A stretch of 64,000 nucleotides of DNA from Ostrea edulis. Lineage: Eukaryota. Position 1 is the first letter of the stretch, and each line of letters opens with the position of its first letter. Positions 55,501 through 62,402 of this stretch are shown here, piece by piece. Location: the NCBI RefSeq assembly GCF_947568905.1, contig NC_079172.1:51894001-51958000 (forward strand), read 5' to 3'. Position numbers and translations under genes: made by a program. The notes below the pieces were generated by a model. The model was not told the origin of the DNA. It did not search any database and worked only from the letters and a program-made list of their open reading frames with translations.

Positions 55501-57129
55501 CTTTGGCACACCCAGGTTTGAACTCACAATCTTCTGGTTGCAAAGTGGAGGCACAAATCACTGGGATGCAGCAACCAGTCACCCGATTAATGGAGAGAGA
55601 TAAGGAAAGCTATTTGGACCATTAAATACAACTTCTGGATAAAATATAGATTGTGCAATAGTCCTAAACTACTGCATTCTGTAGCATGCAAGATTAGCAT
55701 ATAATTATACCCTGATTATTCCAAATATCATAGTCCTGCAGTAGACTTCACAACTTACCCTTTACAAGCTCGACAAATACAGTAACATTACATTGGTTAT
55801 TCTGATGTGCTTTGTCACAGAAAAGTCTCGGTGGCACAGTACTAGTAACATTGATATATACAGGTCCTGATCGTTCATATGTGGTTATATGTGTTTCACC
55901 AACAACCTGTAATAAAACAGTATTATGTAATATTGATCAGTATTTTGTAACAATATTTATAGGTAGGAAAACTCAGTACTGATGTGTCCAAATCTTGCGA
56001 CAATGTGTAGTATATGTTGACTTCCCTTTACTGGTCTGTGAACTCTTATTGTGTAAACAAGTCAATATCATGTAACATTGATCAACATCATGCAACACTA
56101 CTTGAATAGGTAGGGAAAATCAAAAGTGATGTGTTCAAAACTCGATGCCAAAAGGCAATATATACTGATTTCCCTTTAATAGTTTGTTAGCTCTTATTTT
56201 TCGTCATTTGCTATATCTAATAAATGATATTTTGATTCTCATTCAGGTTGTCTTGTTATAAATCATTTCAAGCAATAACAAGCTTCGGTGAGCTGTTTTA
56301 TTGAAGAAAAACAGGCTAAGACGTGAAATTGCCTTTGAGCTAATTCAGAAACCATCATATATATCGAGTTATCTAATTAATGTAGATATCACTCTTGTTA
56401 GGAGTTAAGAGAGGGTCAACCTATTTTCCTATTTTTCTCTTCTTTTGCCCTTTATGTAAAACTTATATGGTACAAATTTTGATCCACCAGATGCGCATTT
56501 CGACAAATAATGTCTCTTCAGTGATGCTCGACCGAAATCTTTGAAATCCGAAATAACAATAAACTTGCTAGAGCTATTATAGGGAAAAACAGAGTGCCAA
56601 AAAAAATGGAGTCAAATTTGTGTAAGGATAAGAGCTATGTATGGGTGATAATCCTTAATTTTGAAATGAATTTCTAAATTTTATCACAGCAATTAAATAT
56701 ACATCCGTATTTTCAAGCCAGTAACGAAGTACTTATGTACTGGGCTGTAGAGACCCTCGGGGACTAACAGTCCACCAGCAGAGGCCTCGACCCAGGGGTC
56801 ATAATGTAAAAATTATACGGTAGCAATTTTGATGCACCAGATGCGCATTTCGACAAATAATGTCTCTTCAGTGATGCTCAACCGAAATGTTTGAAATCCG
56901 AAATAACAATTAACTTGCTAGAGCTATTATTGCTCTCTTTCCCATCCCTCTCTACCTTTTTGCCCCTCCCCATCTCTCCTGCACACTTTCTTTCTTTCAT
57001 TTCCTACTCCCCATCTTTCCATCTTCTCACCGTTTTATTTCACTCTCCATTGCCCATCTTTTCCTCCACCTACCTCTTATCTTCCCCCCCTTTCCGTCCC
57101 TTTCTCTTCTCCCTAGCAGGCTCATTTAT

Positions 57130-57193
<64 letters not shown>

Positions 57194-60100
57194 CCCCTTT
57201 TCCTTCATTCTTCTTCCCCATCTATCCCTCCTACCATCCCGTTTTCCCATCTACCCCTTTCATTCATTTTCCAACCCTTTCCTTGACTTCATTTATATTC
57301 TTTCTGGTACCACCCATTTCCTTCATTTTACGCTCCCAATATCTCCCTACCCCCACCCACTTTCCTTCTCTTACCCATATTTCTTCGTTTTCCCCTCCCT
57401 ATTACTTTTCCTTCCCTTCCCACCTTCTTTCTCCCTCTTTTTGACATTTGTCCATTTCATTTGCTAATTAATGCAACTCTAATTGAAATTTTATGTAATT
57501 TTACTTTTGCATAATAACAATGTGATATTCGCAAAAAAGAAATGTTCAACATACATATATCATAATGATAATCTAATAATTAATGTATTTTTTCATGCAA
57601 TAAGCAGAAAATATTTGTTTTCTTAACCTTTTAATGAAAAAAGAACAATTTCATTGTAAACTGGGTATTTCAAAACGTTTTGTTAAAGATTTTTAGCATC
57701 TTTCATAGTTTTTACACTATCTGACACAGAGAGAAAGATATAAATGAATAAATTTGTCCAGGACTGCCACGCTTCATCAAAAGATTCCATTTTTTCAATT
57801 TTTATCGTTGTGTTTGGAAGATAACAATTCATTCGTAGAATTACATGTATTGTTTGCCCATTTGATATATGCTCATGCTATAAATAGAATACTTAATTTG
57901 CATAGCAAGAACACTGACTTAAAATGACATCCAAGTATAGAATATTTTTCAAAATATATAGCATAATATGGATCTTATCACAGCAGAAAATAACAAAATC
58001 ATCTGGCTAGTTATGCACTATTTCATATTATCATGAAAAAAGGAAGATAACGAACAGTTATCAATGATATAACACTTTTAAAAAATACGAAATATAGATA
58101 GGAACAAACACGGATACCTGGATATACCAGATGTGGGATCAGGTGCCATGGAGGAGTAAGCATTATTCGTAGTCAAACACATTGTGCGAAGAGCGGCCCA
58201 ACAATCGATATGATAAACATCAGACAACATTTGACCCAAAGATAGGTTGTATTGGCAAACTAAATCATTATAACGACATAACATTTGTGAAACACTGACT
58301 ATAAACGGGACTGTTGAAACTCCAGCAACATTAATTTGTTTGTTAGTAGTCTGCCTTGATTTAAAAACTGATCATACGCAGAACAATCTTTTGAAATCAC
58401 CCTGTTTGTCATAAAGTTGAGTTGTTAGTTTGCCGTTAATATTCATTTTCATTAAAATATCTAAGTAAGAAACAGGTATGGAGGACTGTGGTGTCTTTTA
58501 TCACGAGTTCATTGGGGTATATATAATCAACGTATGAATGAAAATGATTATTGCTAATAGATAAAACGTCGTCGATATATCTAAATGTCAAGTTGAAGGC
58601 CAGAACAAGATTATTTTTCTTCTCGTGTAGAAAGTTTTTGAAAAAAAACTCTGCTTCATATGAATATAAAAACAGGTCAACTAACAAAGGAGCACAATTC
58701 GTGCCTATGGGAATTCCAACTGTTGGAAGACCTGATAACCAAAGACTACGAAAATATCGTCAATGAGAAACTCCAGCATATTTCTATTTCAATTTCAGAG
58801 TTTTTGTGCCTGGAATCGATCACTAGATATAGATATTTCTTTTTCTATTTTTCTTAAAGAAGCAACTGTATATGATGCCAAAAAGTCTAGTCTTTAATTT
58901 ATCGTGAGGAATGGTCGTGTAAAGTGTTGAAAAGTCATGCGTTGATGTTGTTAATCTGAGTGAAGTTTTTCAATTTCAAATTTACTAAAAGTTTTTAATT
59001 TCTTAAGAAGCCTTATTTCATTTACAACACTTCTGGCGTATAATGTGGCACAGTATGTTTGAAGTATCTCCTTCACAGCTGTTGATATTTTTACGAGGAG
59101 CGACGATAGGAGCTTGGTAGGACATTTACTCGATCCAGGAATGTATCTTTGTTTGTAGGGTTTTTTGTGAAGTTTAGGAATCCAGTATAGGTACGGTAAC
59201 TCATTAATGAAAGGTAAAGAAAACTAACAGTGATCAATCTCGTAACTCCTATAATCAGTACAAAATAAAGAGTTGGGCAAACACGGACCCCTGGAGATAC
59301 CATCCATCCATCCCAATGACTGCGATATTAAATATGTTTAAATCTGAAGCATGATTTTGAAGATTTTCATCTTTTGAAAGGGTAGTTGGAGTATAAGTAC
59401 GATTACCAGATGTGGAATCCATGCCAAGTTTGATTCGTTTAAGTTTCATTATCACAGAATGTAAATCAATTTGTATCTTTTATTTCAGTTAATGTAAAAA
59501 AAAAAAGAAGATTTTTTTAAATTCATGATTTATTCGAAACTCAAACAATTGAACTCTATCTTTAGTGAAATGATGAGGTAGAGTAAAGTATTCATTACAC
59601 AAATTGAAGATTCCATTCCAACGGGCTTTTTTGGTGATTCTTCTTTGTTATCTTTTATAATTTCTTTGAAGTTTTATGCACTCAGTTGAGAAAAAACGTT
59701 GCATATTTTCTCTAAAAGATTTTTCTGTCGTTTGATATTAATATGAAGGTCTGCACTTGCAAACTATATCAAGGCATCCAAACTTGCATCTAGAGACTTC
59801 ACTACTACCTGCATGTTTCATCTGCTTCCATAAAAAAAACATTGTCATTAGGTTTCTGAAATGTGCCTCCGTGGCCGAGTGGTTAGAGCATTGCGCTCAA
59901 AATCACACGGCCTCTCACCTCTGTCGGCGCGGGTTCGAATCCAGCTCGTGCCGGTAAGTGAGAAAGTTTCCCAGTTTACTTTCGGAAGGTCGGTGGTCTC
60001 TTCCCAGGTACATTGTATCTGGGTTCTCTCTTCCACCAATAAAAACTGGGCGCCACCAGATAACTGAAAAATTGTTGAGTGTGGCGGAAAACATCAATCA

Positions 60101-61346
60101 ATCTGAAATGTGCACATCCAGATTAACCTATGATGTAATATCCGATATTTATATAAAACTACCTTATCAAAATTGTATGGAACAACCGGAAATGCATCGT
60201 CGGAATTCACGGGCTTTCTCTCAGTGTATTATAACACAGACAAAACTGGTGAGTTTGCACGATACTGAAATTAAAGAAGAATTTACAAATACAACTTATT
60301 ATTGCATCAATTGTTGTTTACCGTGTTGTAAGGCCGCTCTTTACGAAAACTCGATCAAGATATAAGGCTCACGGCGGATTTGACCGGACAACAGGGGAAG
60401 GTTACTCTTCCCAGGCACCTGATCCCACATCTAGTGTTTCAAGGAGTCCGTTTTGTCGGACTCTAAATTTTGTATTCTTTATCGAATTTATGAATCTGAT
60501 TTTGCTGTTCTTTTCATTTTTAAATGAATGACCATGCTGATGAATCAAAAGCCTTTTCAAAGTCAATAAGGAGGAGATTTGGAATATTCTTCTCTTCTGT
60601 AATTTACATGTCATTAATACAGTGTAGTTCTAATATTTTCAGCAAGATTTCTACCATTTATAAATCCTGATGGTAAATTATTTGGTATAATTAGCTGGTG
60701 TTTTTTATTCTAAGCATGTGCAATAGTGCTTGAAGCAATTCTTTATACAGTATTCAACAAACCGTTTCCATCATACCTGGACTTTTGCAATGAATGCTTC
60801 ACTGTCTCTACTTGAACCTCTCATAGCGGAACAGTTTCCGGGCAGACAGGGAGTCACGGAACATTTGATCTGAAATTTATGTTTTGTTCTGATTTCATTT
60901 GGTTGACTATATTTTCATATGAAAAGTGAGTAGATTGTGCTTTTATTCTATCGCACAACATCACGATCCATCCAAATAATTGTGACCCAGTTATATAAAA
61001 GTTTAGTATATCTGACAGTTAACTTGACATGAACTAATTTATACGGTATAAACACTGTTAACTACAAGTAGACCCTAGCTGTCAATTCAAGAGCGCCATG
61101 TATGATATGGGTCTAATTTTGTTTCAATGAAGAGTTAAATGTTTAGAGATTTGAAATGTTTTTCTTTCAAATTCTAATTCACGTGTAAAAAAAAAAAACC
61201 ATGAAAAATATTCAACCGATTTGTTTCAGTTTGAAGTAAAAGAAAAGAAGAAGAAGAAACCTCTTCTGATTCAATTGACAACGTTACTAGAGCTTGTTTT
61301 TCCTTTTTCAAATATTCAGTACATTGCAATTGGTTTAATATAAAAT
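34859..61346 (-). CDS. VWDE: Gene 2 (spliced, 5' end outside window): von Willebrand factor D and EGF domain-containing (VWDE-like) type I membrane protein with LamG/ConA-like domain and long cytoplasmic tail
   Basis: 26 exons chain in frame with consistent phases. VWD hallmarks CSSINDPHMTTFD, CNRRAACNCAV, GLCGTFDGNRNNDF, SWRV; WPTPSNITE and CINDIQ; EGF CPNSCTDNGNCNGGFCVCAEPWIGDDC; LamG-like exon; TM helix then CRRRKKKKR stop-transfer. Symbol is family-level only, orthology not shown. Confidence 0.88.
34987..35160 (-). CDS. Gene 2 cytoplasmic repeat exon, type B2
   Basis: 174 nt phase 2-2; LQASGTKEYLTEHDSTL...ESVQ...GRIYR. Confidence 0.8.
35272..35409 (-). CDS. Gene 2 cytoplasmic repeat exon, type A3
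   Basis: 138 nt phase 2-2; QVQLEPSQIIYETNGKSAFV...ISKPGVVYR. Confidence 0.8.
35628..35798 (-). CDS. Gene 2 cytoplasmic repeat exon, type B1
   Basis: 171 nt phase 2-2; LKADGTREYLTEQDSRL...ESVQ...SRVYR. Confidence 0.8.
35949..36089 (-). CDS. Gene 2 cytoplasmic repeat exon, type A2
   Basis: 141 nt phase 2-2; QVELESQKIKQEVYGKSGFL...VIFYKPGGVVY. Confidence 0.8.
36306..36446 (-). CDS. Gene 2 cytoplasmic repeat exon, type A1
   Basis: 141 nt phase 2-2; QVELDKSQMKHV...SAIFYKPGVVYR. Confidence 0.8.
36899..38767 (-). CDS. Gene 2 large cytoplasmic exon (low complexity, S/E/K/Q-rich)
   Basis: ttatttctaag|GTAT, CAG|GTACAG; 1869 nt phase 2-2; corresponds to track ORF 36874..38739. Confidence 0.85.
38893..39078 (-). 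CDS. Gene 2 exon, juxtamembrane cytoplasmic
   Basis: gtttttccacag|GTG, CAG|GTAGTG; CRRRKKKKRFVRL...LNPVYW...; 186 nt phase 2-2. Confidence 0.85.
39088..40369 (+). mobile_element. HINE-like element with nested MITE (39234-39580) and SINE (39959-40190)
   Basis: AACAAGAG...CACCTGAG start; GGACGACG...AGGTCATCTG...GTGACCTAAAA end. Confidence 0.7.
39959..40190 (+). mobile_element. SINE-like dispersed repeat with (AATC)n tail, copy 1
   Basis: Shares CCCGTGGG...GGGTTAGAATAGGTC...GTCGTAAGAGGCGAC with 45371 and 61941 copies. Confidence 0.75.
40529..40667 (-). CDS. Gene 2 exon, stalk and transmembrane helix
   Basis: atgtctatcag|AAC, AGG|GTAAGT; EPTTTVPPFVPQCKEASLLRTDAAIISISVVSGSLFSAVIFICLLIG. Confidence 0.88.
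41225..42152 (+). mobile_element. Two tandem Penelope-like 3' fragments (about 41225-41670 and 41820-42152) separated by a Helentron-like piece
   Basis: Near-identity to 28870-29290 (CTATGGTCGTTATAACGATCT..., GGGCTCACG..., GGCACCTGATCCCA). Confidence 0.8.
42533..43174 (-). CDS. Gene 2 exon, laminin G / concanavalin A-like domain
   Basis: ttttatttctag|TTG, GAG|GTAATG; 642 nt phase 1-1; AVVLDGNQYLSLG...ACFGDVEKSTFGITITF...FSNGG...GYVMWF...W...HVEMSWSLQNGLQLNID...FVIGG. Confidence 0.88.
43739..43853 (-). CDS. Gene 2 exon
   Basis: actttttcag|AGT, AAG|GTAAGA; SDICEIGGNCFVSGFFNPFNVSEVCDITRSKCQWSTLQ. Confidence 0.9.
43867..44170. repeat. 77-bp tandem repeat x4 abutting an exon acceptor
   Basis: Starts at 43867, 43944, 44021, 44098. 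Confidence 0.9.
44418..44618 (-). CDS. Gene 2 exon
   Basis: ctgttgcag|GTA, AGG|GTAAAA; VNLESVPEVTTNKAEFFNSQTVTCLI...AVSNDG...YNSYCDRCNETGCRRR. Confidence 0.9.
45081..45271 (-). CDS. Gene 2 exon, second half of EGF-like domain
   Basis: cctttacag|GAT, AAT|GTAAAT; GFCVCAEPWIGDDCS...PCD...GENFADTENLTCHY. Confidence 0.9.
45371..45640 (+). mobile_element. SINE-like dispersed repeat, copy 2
   Basis: Same start motif, GATAAAGATCCCTCCCTGCTCAAAGG, AATC tail. Confidence 0.75.
45799..45985 (-). CDS. Gene 2 exon, first half of EGF-like domain
   Basis: gaaatgcag|CTT, GGG|GTAGGA; LTDGTDWAKESLDNLLQEC...ICPNSCTDNGNCNG. Confidence 0.9.
46110..46265 (-). CDS. Gene 2 exon (probable GC donor)
   Basis: aatatacag|GAT, CAG|GCATAT; DPQWPTPSNITEDIALKLCHDF...CINDIQ. 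Confidence 0.85.
46431..46543 (-). CDS. Gene 2 exon
   Basis: attgcag|GAC, CCG|GTATAT; GRKRVTEDLIRDAESPPTRCESIRPPEQFQHEPEYRQP. Confidence 0.8.
46720..47035 (+). mobile_element. Degenerate Penelope-like 3' fragment
   Basis: CAACAGTCTCGTTTAAAGTCAGCATT..., GGGATGCTTACTCGTCCTAGGGACCTGTTCCCACC. Confidence 0.7.
47100..47143 (+). ncRNA. Hammerhead ribozyme motif, helix II closing pair mutated
   Basis: GCATTA CTGAAGA TACATCATTTGTC GAAA TGCGC ATC TGGTGC; G10.1 replaced by T. Confidence 0.7.
47443..47486 (+). ncRNA. Hammerhead ribozyme motif, catalytic G12 mutated
   Basis: GCATCA CTGAAGA GACATTATTTGTC AAAA TGCGC ATC TGGTGC; GAAA box changed to AAAA. Confidence 0.7.
47922..48662 (-). mobile_element. 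Penelope-like RT C-terminus plus 3' tail
   Basis: Track ORF 48376..48669 FRYIDAVLSINNGHFHSYV...; tail at 47922-48130. Confidence 0.8.
48698..48873 (-). CDS. Gene 2 exon
   Basis: attggttaag|GGTA, GAG|GTTTGT; VSEDESLYRGYCVTTDGSYKVERYCDCMEGETTMCQEGMDLMSC...DAQR. Confidence 0.85.
49601..49709 (-). CDS. Gene 2 exon, end of VWD domain (acceptor embedded in 27-bp minisatellite)
   Basis: ttatattgtag|GATTG, GAG|GTAAGA; GLCGTFDGNRNNDFTKRDGTVYVKGGKQPNEFSLSWR. Confidence 0.9.
49700..50872. repeat. 27-bp (with 29-bp variants) minisatellite derived from the intron/exon junction, about 43 copies
   Basis: Minus-strand unit TATAACTTATATTGTAG|GATTGTGTGG equals the acceptor plus first 10 nt of exon 49601-49709. 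Confidence 0.95.
51098..51390. repeat. 36-bp minisatellite, about 8 diverged copies
   Basis: Unit ACAGCTGATCTACACAGATGTAGAGAGGATTATTTT. Confidence 0.85.
51733..52226. mobile_element. Kolobok-type MITE, TTAA target duplication
   Basis: TIR AGGGACTGGTTCACGATTTT / AAAATCGTGAATCAGTCCTT, TTAA at 51729-51732 and 52227-52230. Confidence 0.8.
53087..53201 (-). CDS. Gene 2 exon, VWD domain
   Basis: ccttttttgtag|ATA, AAG|GTAAAG; IILPTGAKVIVMNGWVILGRRFLNVKVVASTLDYNNTE. Confidence 0.9.
53393..53605 (-). CDS. Gene 2 exon, VWD domain
   Basis: attttccag|GTA, GAG|GTTTAT; VRTFYRKCNRRAACNCAVVVRSGNDVILVDVC...GTEVIRMSGGKTYE. Confidence 0.9.
54082..54145 (-). CDS. Gene 2 exon, VWD domain
   Basis: ttatattcttag|GTAT, GAG|GTATTC; YYDNYLEGEFILYRHKSLPYE. 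Confidence 0.9.
54387..54629. repeat. 80-bp tandem triplication of exon 3' end plus donor site
   Basis: Units start 54387, 54467, 54547; each holds ATCCTCATATGACAACATTTGATAGAA + (G/A)TAAGG on minus strand. Confidence 0.95.
54599..54675 (-). CDS. Gene 2 exon, start of VWD domain
   Basis: ctacatcag|GTG, AAA|GTAAGG; VTVVDGDKIAVCSSINDPHMTTFDR. Confidence 0.9.
54991..55223 (-). CDS. Gene 2 exon (GC donor)
   Basis: gctttacag|GAA, ends AAG|GCAAGT; GRETKCPGSRMPVSQVVF...SIDSLKDRDQTRNIQLYVTTPNTTKQFSTVK. Confidence 0.85.
55759..55906 (-). CDS. Gene 2 exon
   Basis: ttttattacag|GTT, AGG|GTAAGT; VVGETHITTYERSGPVYINVTSTVPPRLFCDKAHQNNQCNVTVFVELVK. Confidence 0.85.
56484..56527 (-). ncRNA. Minimal type I hammerhead ribozyme (intact core), 350 nt downstream of the 56834-56877 copy
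   Basis: Same motif; only the terminal helix I pair is mismatched (TGGTGG). Confidence 0.85.
56834..56877 (-). ncRNA. Minimal type I hammerhead ribozyme (intact core)
   Basis: Minus strand GCATCA CTGAAGA GACA TTATT TGTC GAAA TGCGC ATC/TGGTGC: helix I GCATCA:TGGTGC, CUGANGA and GAAA boxes, 4-bp helix II, palindromic helix III ATGCGCAT, AUC cleavage triplet. Confidence 0.85.
56930..57440. repeat. About 500-bp polypyrimidine/polypurine low-complexity tract
   Basis: Almost G-free C/T-rich plus strand containing (CT)n. Confidence 0.85.
58035..59445 (-). mobile_element. Rearranged Penelope-like RT fragments and two 3' tails
   Basis: GIPIGTNCAPLLVDLFLYSYE, FRYIDDVLS, HDFSTLYTTIPHD, GNRTYTPTTLSKDE; tails at about 58035-58200 and 59205-59300. 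Confidence 0.8.
59865..60101 (+). mobile_element. Full-length tRNA-derived SINE with (ATCA)n tail and target-site duplication
   Basis: A box TGGCCGAGTGG, B box GGTTCGAATCC, V/Meta-like central domain (GGTCGGTGGT...TTCCACCAATAAAAACTG), TSD TCTGAAATGT at 59855-59864 and 60102-60111. Confidence 0.85.
60355..60500 (+). mobile_element. Penelope-like 3' tail fragment
   Basis: GATCAAGATATAAGGCTCACGGCGG...GGCACCTGATCCCAC. Confidence 0.7.
60777..60869 (-). CDS. Gene 2 exon
   Basis: aaatttcag|ATC acceptor, CAG|GTATGA donor, IKCSVTPCLPGNCSAMRGSSRDSEAFIAKVQ, phase 0-0. Confidence 0.8.
61261..61346 (-). CDS. Gene 2 exon (most 5' found in window)
   Basis: tatcttttacag|ATTTT acceptor, GAG|GTTTCT donor, phase 1-0, DFILNQLQCTEYLKKEKQALVTLSIESEE; frame fits next exon but no diagnostic motif. 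Confidence 0.5.
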
Positions 61347-61940
61347 CTGTAAAAGATACATACTTGCAATTTAATAACAAAATAAATCATGTTCTCCAAT
61401 GCAAAAAGAAAAGAATATGGGTTAAGTTGTGCTTCTTTGATATTAATCGTAGTATCATATAAATTGTCATATTAGTAACATACATCTGAAAGTTGTATAT
61501 TCATTCTTCATCAAAATAAACTTTGCAGAAAAATTCTAGTTCTCAAATTAAGCCCTTTCTAAACATAGTTCTTCAACTAACTTTTGCTACTTGGTCTAAA
61601 ACAAACAATGCATTTGAGAACAGAAAAGGCCGAGTCGCTTTAAAATATGTTATCTATCATATAGACAGCAGTACATGGATCCAGATGAAATGAAAATAAA
61701 CTGAAGTATTTGTGGTAGAAAATCAGTTATGTAACGCGTTTAGGAAGTCTCTCCCCAGGGTGTCTCATATTTTCGTATGTATTTATAATAAAGACATACT
61801 GTACATGTATCATGTAGATAACCTTTTTACAAAACATACCGGAAAAATCACATATCAAATGTAGAATTTAAAAAACCCAGAAATACTTTTAAAATGTCAC
61901 ATGTACATGTATATATATTCAATGTTTTCATAACAAATAT

Positions 61941-62135
61941 CCTGTGGGGATCCGGGTAAGAATAGGTCTTCAATACCCCTTATCTCGTAAGGGGCGACTA
62001 AATGGGCAGTTCCTTCGAATGAGACCGCAAAAACAAAGGCCCCGTGTCACAGCTGTTGTAGCATGATAAAGATCCCTCCCTGCTCAAAGGCCGTCAGCGC
62101 CGAGCATATGCCTAAATTATGCAGCGCTTTACAGG
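61941..62135 (+). mobile_element. SINE-like dispersed repeat, copy 3 (3'-truncated)
   Basis: Same start motif and GATAAAGATCCCTCCCTGCTCAAAGG. Confidence 0.7.
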
Positions 62136-62365
62136 TGTAACGACAAAAAGTAACCCCCGTAACTCCCGTAGAATATTGACCGGGGTCATTCTTCTACGAA
62201 GATATTTGACTCCCTGGTCAATATTCTACCCACTTTTTTGTAGAAAGTATAGCCTAAGGGTCATTTTTCTCCGTGTGGATTGTAGAAAAATGACTCCGTA
62301 GAATAATTACTCTGTGTGATTTTTGAAAAACCAAAAAAAAAAACAACAAAAAACAAAAACAAAAA

Positions 62366-62367
<2 letters not shown>

Positions 62368-62402
<35 letters not shown>

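Larger units (their letters stand above)
56455..56927 (-). mobile_element. Retrozyme-like / PLE-associated tandem unit (350-bp period, about 1.35 copies) with two hammerheads
   Basis: Direct repeat with 350-bp period; homologous to 47063-47515 and 31255-31480. Confidence 0.75.

Noticed and set aside
55301-55582. 93-aa intronic ORF
   Set aside because: Overlaps a diverged SINE-like remnant (GTTCAAACC B-box-like); no fitting splice phase in gene 2.
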